A stretch of 36,089 bases of DNA, taken from Acholeplasmataceae bacterium (GTDB lineage: Bacteria; Bacillota_I; Bacilli_A; Acholeplasmatales; Acholeplasmataceae). The notes beneath the pieces are model-generated. The model saw only the letters and a program-made list of their open reading frames with translations, was not told the origin of the DNA and ran no database searches. Shown here in pieces: positions 27,795 through 36,089 of this stretch; the first letter of the stretch is position 1; the number at the start of each line of letters is the position of its first letter. Location of the stretch: NCBI GenBank assembly GCA_047921055.1, contig JBLRWW010000010.1, positions 1 to 36,089 of the forward strand, given 5' to 3'. The position numbers were made by a program, and so were the translations under genes.

Positions 27795-28550
27795 ATGATC
27801 ATATTCACAAGTAGTTCTGCCTTTTTAAATCAATGGTGGATTACCCTATTGATTGGTATTATTTTCATATATGTTTTTGCGCAATCCACTTATTTTTTAA
27901 TACGTGCTTATAAACGTGCACGCACCTTAGGAATAACAGTTGCTGATTTGCGTAAAACCATTGTTTCATCTGCTGTTTTCAGTATTGCACCATCGATTGC
28001 TATTTTAATTGGTTTGGTATTATTAACACCTGTCTTTGGCTCTTTAATTGCCGGGATGCGTTTGGCGACTTTAGGTGCATATACGTATGAGATTCCTGCA
28101 GCTACCAATGTTATTAAAGGTGTTTTTGGCCAAGAGTTTGGTGACTTCTTATCACAAGAGGTTGTGGTGACTGCCATATGGGTCATGACGCTTGGTGTGA
28201 TTCCACCACTTTTGATCGTCCCACTTTTTTTAAAGAGAATAAGTTCTGGTCTAAATGCTTTAAAACAAAAAGACACCACATGGAATCAAATCATGATGGA
28301 TGCTTTATTTATCGGGATGATTTCGGCGTTTGTTGGGTTTGTCTTGGCACCACGTACCGTCAATGGCTCAGACCCCTTTATTTCAATACTAGCTATTTTG
28401 GTTTTACTCACATCTGCTGTATTAATTATCGTCTTTGGTGTGATCATGAAAAAATACAAATGGGTTTGGCTAAAAAACTATGCCTTACCTTTATCAATGA
28501 TTCTATCGATGGCACTTGCCATCGCATATGCAAGTTTGGGGGTCATTTAA
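27795..28550 (+). CDS. uncharacterised polytopic membrane protein (about 6 TM), first gene of three-gene operon
   Basis: 251 aa, hydrophobic throughout. No motif I can name with confidence. Confidence 0.6.
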   Translation: MIIFTSSSAFLNQWWITLLIGIIFIYVFAQSTYFLIRAYKRARTLGITVADLRKTIVSSAVFSIAPSIAILIGLVLLTPVFGSLIAGMRLATLGAYTYEIPAATNVIKGVFGQEFGDFLSQEVVVTAIWVMTLGVIPPLLIVPLFLKRISSGLNALKQKDTTWNQIMMDALFIGMISAFVGFVLAPRTVNGSDPFISILAILVLLTSAVLIIVFGVIMKKYKWVWLKNYALPLSMILSMALAIAYASLGVI

Positions 28551-28551
28551 C

Positions 28552-29211
28552 ATGAAAAAAACTTATTATGATCAACTCCATGTTGAAGGACGACTTTGGA
28601 TGGTTGGTGCTTTATTATTCTTTTTAAGTGTCCCTTTCGTAATTAGTATCGGGACAGGCGTTTGGCCATCAATTGATATGTTTTTCCCCGGTTTTCTTGC
28701 GACTGCAGTTATCTTTTGGCCAGTCACAACCATTGAAGTCTTTACGTTTTCACCAATGATTGGACCAGGTGGCAGTTATTTGGCATTTGTGACTGGTAAC
28801 TTAACAAGTCTTAAAGTGCCAGCTGCTCTTAATGCTCAAGATGCGCTATCGATTGAAAAGGGCAGTGAAAAAGGTGATGTGATTGCAACCATTGCCATCG
28901 CATCCAGTTCGATTACTACAACATTGATTGTCCTTTTAGGCGCGTTACTTATTATTCCTTTATCGCCTATATTGGCATCTGAAACATTAAAACCAGCCTT
29001 TGATAATATAGTGCCTGCACTCTTTGGCGCACTTGGTGTCGTCTATTTATCTAAACGGTTATTGATTGCAGCAATCCCTCTCGTTTTTATGGCGCTATTC
29101 TTCTTATTTGTGCCAGGCAGTGGCGGCTTGGTTGGTGTGATGGTACCTGTTGGTGTTTTACTATCTTTAGGTAGTGCACGCTTCTTTTATAAGAAAGGAA
29201 TGATTGAATAA
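28552..29211 (+). CDS. uncharacterised polytopic membrane protein (about 6 TM), second gene of operon
   Basis: Start reset to ATG 28552 (MKKTYYDQ) after GGGGG, 1 nt after the upstream stop. The track start at 28516 is a non-ATG start inside the previous gene. 219 aa. Confidence 0.6.
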   Translation: MKKTYYDQLHVEGRLWMVGALLFFLSVPFVISIGTGVWPSIDMFFPGFLATAVIFWPVTTIEVFTFSPMIGPGGSYLAFVTGNLTSLKVPAALNAQDALSIEKGSEKGDVIATIAIASSSITTTLIVLLGALLIIPLSPILASETLKPAFDNIVPALFGALGVVYLSKRLLIAAIPLVFMALFFLFVPGSGGLVGVMVPVGVLLSLGSARFFYKKGMIE

Positions 29212-30644
29212 TGGAACCTTGGTTGATTGTTTTAATTGTTATCCTGTCATTACTACTCATTCTCGTTATGATTAGAACACTGAGATTTCAATCGTCTGTG
29301 ATACCGGAAATGAAAAAAAGACATGCCATTGATGAAGAACGTATTTATGAATCTTTATCACAAATGATTCAGTTTGATACGGTGAGTTATCGTGATACCG
29401 CACTCATAAAGAAAAAACCGTTTGATGATTTTAGAAGTTATTTGAAATCACGTTATCCCAATATTTATCAAGTAGCAGATTATAGTTTGCATGATGGTGC
29501 TATTTTACTTAAAATCAAAGGTGAAAACCACCTAGAACCGGTTGTATTAATGGCCCATTTTGATGTGGTGCCTGTTGACGGCACCTGGACACATCCGCCT
29601 TTTTCTGGTCATATCGATGAGACACATATTCATGGGCGTGGCACACTAGATACGAAAAACAGTTTGTGTGCCATCATGGAATCAGTCGAATTTTTAGTGT
29701 CTCACAAAAAAACATTTAAACGTGATCTATACTTAGCCTTTGGTTGTGATGAAGAAACACACGGACAAACCGCACTTAAGATTGTTAATCATTTAAAAGA
29801 AAAAGGCATTAAGCCTTACTTCGTCCTTGATGAAGGTGGTGCTGTTGTTTCTAAAGCATTTCCAGGTGTTAAAGAAAAAGCTGCGGTAATTGGTATTGCC
29901 GAAAAAGGATTTTTAAATGTTCGCTTGGTCGGCAGATCTCAAGGGGGGCATGCATCAACACCTCCCAAAGATCAAGTGATGACCAATTTGGCAAAAGTTG
30001 TGACTATACTACACCGTAAAGATCCTTTTAGATTAAAATTAACCCCAGCAGCCCATGAACTTTTTAATCATATTGCCCCTTATTCAAGAAGCTTTGTTAT
30101 TCGGATGTTTTTTGCAAATCTATGGTTATTTTTACCTTTAGTCAAAGTGATTGCTAAAAAGAGTGGTGGTAGTTTCTTAGCTTCATTTAAGACCACACAA
30201 GCATTTACCACCGCACAGGGTGCACAAGCAACCAACATTTTACCACCCATGGCATATATTGGGATTAACTACCGCTTAAGACCTTCTGAACATTCAACTG
30301 ATGTGATTAAAAGAATATCTAAGATTGCGTCAAAATATGATTGCGATGTGGAACTGGTTGATGCCAGTGAAGCCACTAAAACTTCTTTGGTAGATGATAC
30401 ATTTAAAGTACTTCAAAAAGCAATTTTAGAAACATTTACTGATGCGATACCTACACCATATTTGATGGTAGCAACCACCGATTCAAGACATTATCACGAC
30501 ATATCGGAACATGTCTATAAGTTTTCTCCAATGGATGTTTCAAATGCTGATTTGGCGTTGATTCATAGCATTGATGAGCGCATCACTAAGGCAAACATGT
30601 TAGATGCTGTGTATTTTTACATCAATTTATTAGAACAGTTTTAA
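29211..30644 (+). CDS. M20-family metallopeptidase/deacylase with N-terminal membrane anchor
   Basis: N-terminal TM helix (EPWLIVLIVILSLLLILVMI), then M20 catalytic motifs (MAHFDVVPV, GRGTLDTK, DEETHG-like region). Its ATG overlaps the upstream stop (TAATGG). Confidence 0.8.
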   Translation: MEPWLIVLIVILSLLLILVMIRTLRFQSSVIPEMKKRHAIDEERIYESLSQMIQFDTVSYRDTALIKKKPFDDFRSYLKSRYPNIYQVADYSLHDGAILLKIKGENHLEPVVLMAHFDVVPVDGTWTHPPFSGHIDETHIHGRGTLDTKNSLCAIMESVEFLVSHKKTFKRDLYLAFGCDEETHGQTALKIVNHLKEKGIKPYFVLDEGGAVVSKAFPGVKEKAAVIGIAEKGFLNVRLVGRSQGGHASTPPKDQVMTNLAKVVTILHRKDPFRLKLTPAAHELFNHIAPYSRSFVIRMFFANLWLFLPLVKVIAKKSGGSFLASFKTTQAFTTAQGAQATNILPPMAYIGINYRLRPSEHSTDVIKRISKIASKYDCDVELVDASEATKTSLVDDTFKVLQKAILETFTDAIPTPYLMVATTDSRHYHDISEHVYKFSPMDVSNADLALIHSIDERITKANMLDAVYFYINLLEQF

Positions 30645-30655
30645 TTGAAGCAAAG

Positions 30656-30690
30656 TAAAAGCCCGATGGATGACATCGGGCTTTTTTTTA
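30656..30690. terminator. bidirectional rho-independent terminator (M20 peptidase / giant gene convergent)
   Basis: AAAAGCCCGATG-gatga-CATCGGGCTTTT followed by T8. Confidence 0.75.
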
Positions 30691-33600
30691 TGCGTTATTA
30701 TTTTTCAATAGTGAAATCAAAGATGCACGCTTAATTCTAAATGGTGCGAAATCCTCATAATCAGATGGTGCGAGCTGTGCCATTAATAATGGTTGATCTT
30801 GAATGATATCATCAATAATGTAATAAATAATAGTGTTTTCATTATCTAAGATAATATCAACTTCTTCATCTGTTAAATCAAGTATTGCTGTAATATTGAT
30901 GCTCGTTAGATCGTTGATGGTATTTACTCCTAATAAAGGCATTGATTCTGCAAGGCCTTCCATCTCAGCAATCTTAATGTCAAACACCTCTGGTACACCT
31001 GGTAGACCTGGGTCATAGTTATCAGCGGTTGTATCCGATACATGTGATTCAATTGTATCGATCTCAGAATCATTTATACCAATGGAAATCAATCGATAGA
31101 CAATTAATGATTCTTCATTAATAAGTGCTTGCAACATTGATGGTCCAAAACCTTGAGGGTCAATGGATACATCAGCAAGTGATGTGGTCTCTGGATCTGC
31201 TTGACCTGGATTTTCACCAACATCGCCAATAGTCTTAAGTGCACTGATTAATTTAACTATTTCATCATATTCTAAATCAAAGGTGTTTCTATACGCTGTT
31301 GTTGGGATACCATAATCATGTCCGCTTCTTACATCTGTTACTGACGCGACCATTGGAGTCGATAAGATATGTGCAACAAGTGGTGAGAATCCTAATGGAT
31401 AATTGACTAGATCTGTCGTTCCAATTGCAACAACTTGATCAATCTTAGCAAACGTGATTTGTGCTGGTGTAATGTTTGATGCACCATTTGTTTCTAAACC
31501 TAGAATTTCAAGCGCTTCTAAAACTGCATCAATTTCTGCACGTTTGATATCTTTCTTAAAGACGAGTTCAGTATAACTTTCATCAGGAATCTTGCCTTCA
31601 TCAAGTGGGTCTAGCGCGTCAATTAACGCGGTTGAAATCATTCTGTTTAAGATGATTGAATCATCTGGGAATTGTTTTAATGTTTCTACAGTGAGGCTAG
31701 CTTCATCAATTGTAATACTTGAAACAACAACATCATCTGCAACTTGTGGAGGTATTGGATCTGCTAATATTTCAAGAACACCGATCATAGCACTAACTTC
31801 AGAAGGTCTTAAATTATTGTTCTTATCATCATCAATATGCGCTGTGTCTGGAATTCTTTCTGCACCTAGCATATCTATAATGGTATCTGAAATCAATTGT
31901 GTGATGATTAAGGATGGTGACGCCTCAAGTTGTTTAACTTGTCCAATGGTGACATCGGTACCAACTTCTGAAACTAAGTCACCTTCATCGCCTAAAATTG
32001 CTAAGGCGTCAATCATATCTTCAATTTCATCATCAGTTAAGCGGTTATTGCTATCGTCACCAATATAAGCATCATCAGGTATATTATCTGCACCAATCAT
32101 GGTAACAATTGAATCTGTGATGATTTGCTTAATAATGACTGAATCTGATGTCTTTAACTGTTGTGCTTGGCCAACGGTGACATTTGGTGTTATGCTGCTA
32201 ACTAATATATGGTCTCGATCGCCTGGGGTTTCAGAACCCGCAAGAATTTCAAGAACGCCAATCATTGCAGTGACTTCAGCTGCTTTTAAGTTATTGCCTG
32301 GTGTATCTAATTGATATGCATCGTCTGGAACACTGCCAACACCAACTGCTGTAATGATTTGATCTGAGATCAATTTTTCAATAATTAGAGATGGTGATGC
32401 GTTTAACTCTTTGAGTTGTCCAATGTTAATATCGGTTTCAACTTCTGTGACTAAGTCTTCATCATCACCCAATACCGAAATCGCATCAATCATGTTTTCA
32501 ATTTCACTATCAGTTAATCTGTTTCCTGGCGTTGAATCAACATAAGCATCATCAGGAATATTTGCAACACCGATCATTTCAATGATTGAATCAGAGATAA
32601 TCTTCTTCATGATCAATGACTCTGTTGTCTTAAGATCTTGCGTTTGTCCAACAGTGACATCGGTTGAAATGCTTGATAATAAGACATCATCAGTAACTTG
32701 TGGTGCCACAGGCACTGCCAATGTTTCTAGCACTGCAATCATTGCAGTGATTTCATCTTCAGTTAAATTATTGTTTGAATCGCCGTCGATGTATGCCTCA
32801 TTAGGTACATTAGCAACACCAACTGCATCAATAATGGAATCAGAAATCAATCGTGCCATAATGACTGAAGGAGACGCATTTAATAGCTTAAGTTGGCCAA
32901 TATTAATGTCTGTTGAAACATCAGAAACCAAGAGTGTATCATCTCCGTTAGCTAAAATATCAATGGCATCAATCATCGCATTGATTTCATCGTCTGTTAA
33001 ACGGTTTGATGGATCGCTATCAATGTGTGCATCATCTGGAATTGTATTATCAACACTCAAACTATCGACGATTGAATCAGAGACCAATTGACGAATAATA
33101 ATCGAATTGTTAAGCTTAAGATCTTTTAATTGACCGACATTGACATCTGTTGAGACGTCTGAAACCAAGAGTGTGTCATCATCATTTGATAATATTACGA
33201 TCGCATCGATCATTTCATTGATTTCATCATCAGTTAAGCGATTGGCTGGATCATTATCAATATGTGCTTCATTTGGAATTGTATTATCAACACTTAATGT
33301 ATCAACAATCGAATCAGAAACCAATTGACGAATAATAATCGAACCATTAAGTTTGAGATCCTTTAATTGGCCAACAGTCACATCAGTTGACACATCAGCA
33401 ACTAAAAGAGAATCATCATCATTTGATAATATCACGATTGCATCGATCATTTCATTGATTTCATCATCAGTTAAGCGATTGGCTGGATCGTTATCAATGT
33501 GTGCTTCGTTTGGAATAGTATTATCAACACTCAATGTATCAACAATCGAGTCAGAGACCAATTGCTTAATAATTAATGAGTTGTTGGTTTTAAATGCCTT

Positions 33601-36089
33601 TAATTGTCCGACATTGACATCTGTTGAGACATCAGCGACTAAAAGATCGTCATCATCATTTGATAAAATCACAATCGCATCGATCATTTCACTAATTTCA
33701 TTGTCAGTTAATCTACCTGTTGGATCACTATTCTCATAGGCATCCATTGGAATTTTACCTAAACCATCTGGATCAATCGCATCAACAATCGCTTCTGTTA
33801 AGACTTGTTTGATGGTTAATGATGTGTTCGTTTTCAATTGTTTGACTTGACCAACATTGACATCAGTTGAAACATCAGCAACTAAAAGCGTATCGTCTTG
33901 ATTTGCTAATATGTCAAGCGCTTCAACCATCGCAGTGATTTCATCATCAGTTAAGCGTCCGGACGTATCACCATCGATAAAGGCATCGGCAGGAATCTTA
34001 TCTTCACCAATCACATCTTTTATTGAATTGGTGACAAGTTGTTTAATCACTACGGAAGGTAATACACTGAGTTGTTTCGTTTGACCAACATTAACATCGG
34101 TTGAAATCTCAGTTGCTAATAATGTACGATCGCCATTAGCTAATATCACAATCGCATCAATCATGGCATCTAACTCATCATCGGTAAGACGATTGGTTGG
34201 TCCACCTTCTAAGTTAAAGTTTCCTAATAAAACGTTGTTATGTTGTGTATGTCCTAAAACAAAGGCTTCTGGTGGTATATTGTCAAGGCCAATGATATCA
34301 ACAATCGCATCTGAAACCAATTGTTTGATTACAAATGACTCATTGCCTTTTAAGTCTTCAATGTTTCCAACATTAATATTTTCTGTATCGATATCTGTAA
34401 TGGCTTGTGTCTCATCACCATTTGCAAGAATCGTTAATGCCGCCATCAGTGACTCTAATTCTAAATCAGATAACACACCTTGTTCACGGTTGCCATCTAA
34501 AAATGCTTCATCGGGTATTTTATCTTCTCCGAGCGCTTGAATAATCGCATCTGATAAGAGATATTTCACAACAAAAGAATCGGTTTCCGATAAAACCTCG
34601 TTGACTTGAGCAATGGTGATGGTTTCAGGCGAAACGTTAGTGAAATCATTAATCTCTAAAATGTTAAGTGTCTTAAAGACATCTTTGATTTCTGTCTTTT
34701 TAATCATGCCTAAAAACTCACCAGCATCTTCAAATGCGCCATCTGGTAAGGATAATGTTTCTTCTGTTTTAATGGTTAAATCAATCACTGTATATAAATA
34801 ACTGGATTGTAATAATTTGTCAAGTTCAGCATCTGTTAAACTAATAATCGATGCAACATCAATATCAATATTGTTGAAATCTTCAATACCTATTTGTTTT
34901 AATCCTGCAAATAAGCTGTGAATCTCTTCTTGGGTTAAGCGTTCTTTTTCATCAATGGTGACAGTCGCTGAAACTGGTAAAACAAACTCAGAGGCTTCAT
35001 AACGATCATTGGCTATAAGATTGACAATACCATCAGAAAGTAAGAGTTGAGAAATCTTATCCCACATATATTTAGATTCTAAGAATAAATTAAAGTCATC
35101 GGTTTCCCCGGGTAACGCCTCATCATCAATTAAACCTAAGACAGTCTCAATACCAATGCCTTCTAAAGACCCTTCAGGACTTAAGAGTTTAAAGGAGACG
35201 AAAAGTTGTCGAACTTCAACGCGGCTTAATAACCCTTCTTCTACACCTTCAGTACCCACTGCATCATTTGGTGGTAACATATCTAAATCATCAAATCCAC
35301 CACCTAAAGCGCTGCCTAGTGTTTCACCTAAGAAGGAGCCTAGTGCCTCCATTGAAAACAGACGTGCAATAATAACATATAAGTAATCTGATTCTAAAAA
35401 GACACTAAAGTCATCATTAGGATCATTGACATCAATCATATTGGTAATCAGTTGAGCACCAAGTGCAGAGACATCATCTGGATTTGTTACACCTAAAACT
35501 TTAATGGAAGAAAAAATCTTTTTAACTTCTTGTTTGGTGATACGTCCAACTTCGATATCTTCATCAACACTATCCACACCTATAACGGTTGCTGGTGCTG
35601 ATAAATCGATGGTCGCATCCGGTCCTAAAACACCAGAGAGTGCACCACTTGCAATACCTGTTAGCAAGTCACCTTGTAGGAGTTCTGCGATCGAAACATA
35701 AATGATTTTTGAGTCTAAGAAACGATCAAAATCATCTTTTCCTGTAACACCATCAACATTATTATCGATAAGACCTAAAAATGCTGTCAAACCAGAATCA
35801 ATAAGACCTGATGTGTTTCCAGATGCTTCAGTAATCCCTCGCACTGATAATGTGACATCGCCCGTATCAGACACAGATACCATCAAATTAAGAATCGTAT
35901 CTAAGAAACTATTGATTTCTATTTCCCAAAGTTCATCTTCAACGCTAGCACTTAAGAGTTCATCCGGTATGGTCAAATAGGCTTCTAGTCCTAATCCACC
36001 CAAACCTTGTTTAACATTGTGTGCAATATTTAAAAACAACAAGTTTGAATGTTGATTGTCTGGCGTGCTTAAAAGGAGTTCTCTAAAAT
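30688..36089 (-). CDS. giant acidic tandem-repeat protein, probably surface/secreted; 5' end outside the window (at least 1800 aa)
   Basis: Single ORF open to the window edge. The track M at 36042 is a TTG, and the in-frame codons 36043-36087 contain no stop. Composition is Asp/Glu/Ile/Leu/Ser-rich. About 13 tandem repeats with consensus RLTDDEI.xMIDAIxIL.NxDDxLLVxDVSTDVNVGQLK.L..N.S.IIKQLVSDSIVD..G.DNIPDEAYID.D. No TM segment or anchor is present in the C-terminal 300 aa. Confidence 0.8.
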   Translation of the reverse strand, partial: FRELLLSTPDNQHSNLLFLNIAHNVKQGLGGLGLEAYLTIPDELLSASVEDELWEIEINSFLDTILNLMVSVSDTGDVTLSVRGITEASGNTSGLIDSGLTAFLGLIDNNVDGVTGKDDFDRFLDSKIIYVSIAELLQGDLLTGIASGALSGVLGPDATIDLSAPATVIGVDSVDEDIEVGRITKQEVKKIFSSIKVLGVTNPDDVSALGAQLITNMIDVNDPNDDFSVFLESDYLYVIIARLFSMEALGSFLGETLGSALGGGFDDLDMLPPNDAVGTEGVEEGLLSRVEVRQLFVSFKLLSPEGSLEGIGIETVLGLIDDEALPGETDDFNLFLESKYMWDKISQLLLSDGIVNLIANDRYEASEFVLPVSATVTIDEKERLTQEEIHSLFAGLKQIGIEDFNNIDIDVASIISLTDAELDKLLQSSYLYTVIDLTIKTEETLSLPDGAFEDAGEFLGMIKKTEIKDVFKTLNILEINDFTNVSPETITIAQVNEVLSETDSFVVKYLLSDAIIQALGEDKIPDEAFLDGNREQGVLSDLELESLMAALTILANGDETQAITDIDTENINVGNIEDLKGNESFVIKQLVSDAIVDIIGLDNIPPEAFVLGHTQHNNVLLGNFNLEGGPTNRLTDDELDAMIDAIVILANGDRTLLATEISTDVNVGQTKQLSVLPSVVIKQLVTNSIKDVIGEDKIPADAFIDGDTSGRLTDDEITAMVEALDILANQDDTLLVADVSTDVNVGQVKQLKTNTSLTIKQVLTEAIVDAIDPDGLGKIPMDAYENSDPTGRLTDNEISEMIDAIVILSNDDDDLLVADVSTDVNVGQLKAFKTNNSLIIKQLVSDSIVDTLSVDNTIPNEAHIDNDPANRLTDDEINEMIDAIVILSNDDDSLLVADVSTDVTVGQLKDLKLNGSIIIRQLVSDSIVDTLSVDNTIPNEAHIDNDPANRLTDDEINEMIDAIVILSNDDDTLLVSDVSTDVNVGQLKDLKLNNSIIIRQLVSDSIVDSLSVDNTIPDDAHIDSDPSNRLTDDEINAMIDAIDILANGDDTLLVSDVSTDINIGQLKLLNASPSVIMARLISDSIIDAVGVANVPNEAYIDGDSNNNLTEDEITAMIAVLETLAVPVAPQVTDDVLLSSISTDVTVGQTQDLKTTESLIMKKIISDSIIEMIGVANIPDDAYVDSTPGNRLTDSEIENMIDAISVLGDDEDLVTEVETDINIGQLKELNASPSLIIEKLISDQIITAVGVGSVPDDAYQLDTPGNNLKAAEVTAMIGVLEILAGSETPGDRDHILVSSITPNVTVGQAQQLKTSDSVIIKQIITDSIVTMIGADNIPDDAYIGDDSNNRLTDDEIEDMIDALAILGDEGDLVSEVGTDVTIGQVKQLEASPSLIITQLISDTIIDMLGAERIPDTAHIDDDKNNNLRPSEVSAMIGVLEILADPIPPQVADDVVVSSITIDEASLTVETLKQFPDDSIILNRMISTALIDALDPLDEGKIPDESYTELVFKKDIKRAEIDAVLEALEILGLETNGASNITPAQITFAKIDQVVAIGTTDLVNYPLGFSPLVAHILSTPMVASVTDVRSGHDYGIPTTAYRNTFDLEYDEIVKLISALKTIGDVGENPGQADPETTSLADVSIDPQGFGPSMLQALINEESLIVYRLISIGINDSEIDTIESHVSDTTADNYDPGLPGVPEVFDIKIAEMEGLAESMPLLGVNTINDLTSINITAILDLTDEEVDIILDNENTIIYYIIDDIIQDQPLLMAQLAPSDYEDFAPFRIKRASLISLLKNNNA
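31551..34479 (-). repeat. in-frame tandem coding repeat array inside the giant gene, 13 units of 228-288 bp
   Basis: Repeat unit 5' ends (first R/N codon) at 34191, 33957, 33714, 33477, 33240, 33003, 32769, 32520, 32293, 32043 and 31815. Units beginning at 33714, 33477 and 33240 are exactly 237 bp apart. They share identical stretches such as CATCGATCATTTCATTGATTTCATCATCAGTTAAGCGATTGGCTGGATC. Confidence 0.85.

Noticed and set aside
27908-28555. 123-aa minus and 125-aa plus ORFs overlapping the first membrane-protein gene
   Set aside because: Alternate frames of a hydrophobic gene. No start signals.
31551-34479. Regular 228-249-bp periodicity that might be mistaken for a CRISPR or satellite array
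   Set aside because: Units are far longer than CRISPR repeat-spacer periods, there are no short invariant repeats separated by unique spacers, and the periodicity is in-frame protein repeats.
30833-35980. Series of 60-170 aa plus-strand ORFs (for example 31592..32068, 32582..33091, 33140..33328, 33353..33739, 34163..34540) rich in Ser/Ile/Thr
   Set aside because: They are the antisense frame of the tandem repeats of the giant minus-strand gene. Their periodic identity just mirrors the coding repeats. No independent start signals.

Overview
The window reads as a low-GC (about one-third G+C) Firmicutes/Tenericutes-type chromosome segment, mostly transcribed on the minus strand, and consists mainly of housekeeping and transport genes.

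Several markers point to a standard-genetic-code mollicute relative such as Acholeplasma. ClpB lacks its N-domain. An ATP-dependent PfkA sits divergently from a PPi-dependent PFK. The PPi-using pyruvate phosphate dikinase lies next to pyruvate kinase and glutamate dehydrogenase. PdxR sits divergently from pdxST. Long ORFs remain intact under the standard code, so TGA is not being read as Trp.

Gene order, 5' to 3' on the + strand:
- tRNA-Cys(GCA)
- LMW protein-tyrosine phosphatase
- clpB, with a sigma-A-like promoter and a CIRCE-like inverted repeat
- a P-II-like gene co-transcribed with chromate-family transporter chrA
- a DedA/TVP38 membrane protein and a small membrane protein
- a pdxR - AEC transporter - APC permease minus-strand cluster
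- pdxS-pdxT
- a DUF2188 protein with a K/P-rich N-terminus
- flavodoxin
- an nfeD-flotillin pair
- a GGDEF-EAL protein with a degenerate GGDEF motif but intact EAL motifs
- an M29 aminopeptidase
- a MATE exporter
- pyruvate kinase
- a DUF1801 protein
- gdhA
- ppdK
- pfkA, divergent from the PPi-PFK gene
- a three-gene operon of two polytopic membrane proteins plus a membrane-anchored M20 peptidase
- the 3' 5.4 kb of a very large acidic surface-type protein (at least 1800 aa, 5' end beyond the window)

The giant protein is built from about 13 tandem repeats of 76-96 aa (228-288 bp). Three adjacent units are roughly 90% identical to each other, a rough estimate from the aligned protein repeats.

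The supplied ORF track uses GTG/TTG alternative starts displayed as M. Several starts were therefore re-set to the ATG with a Shine-Dalgarno sequence.

No CRISPR array, IS element, prophage or recognisable defence system was seen.
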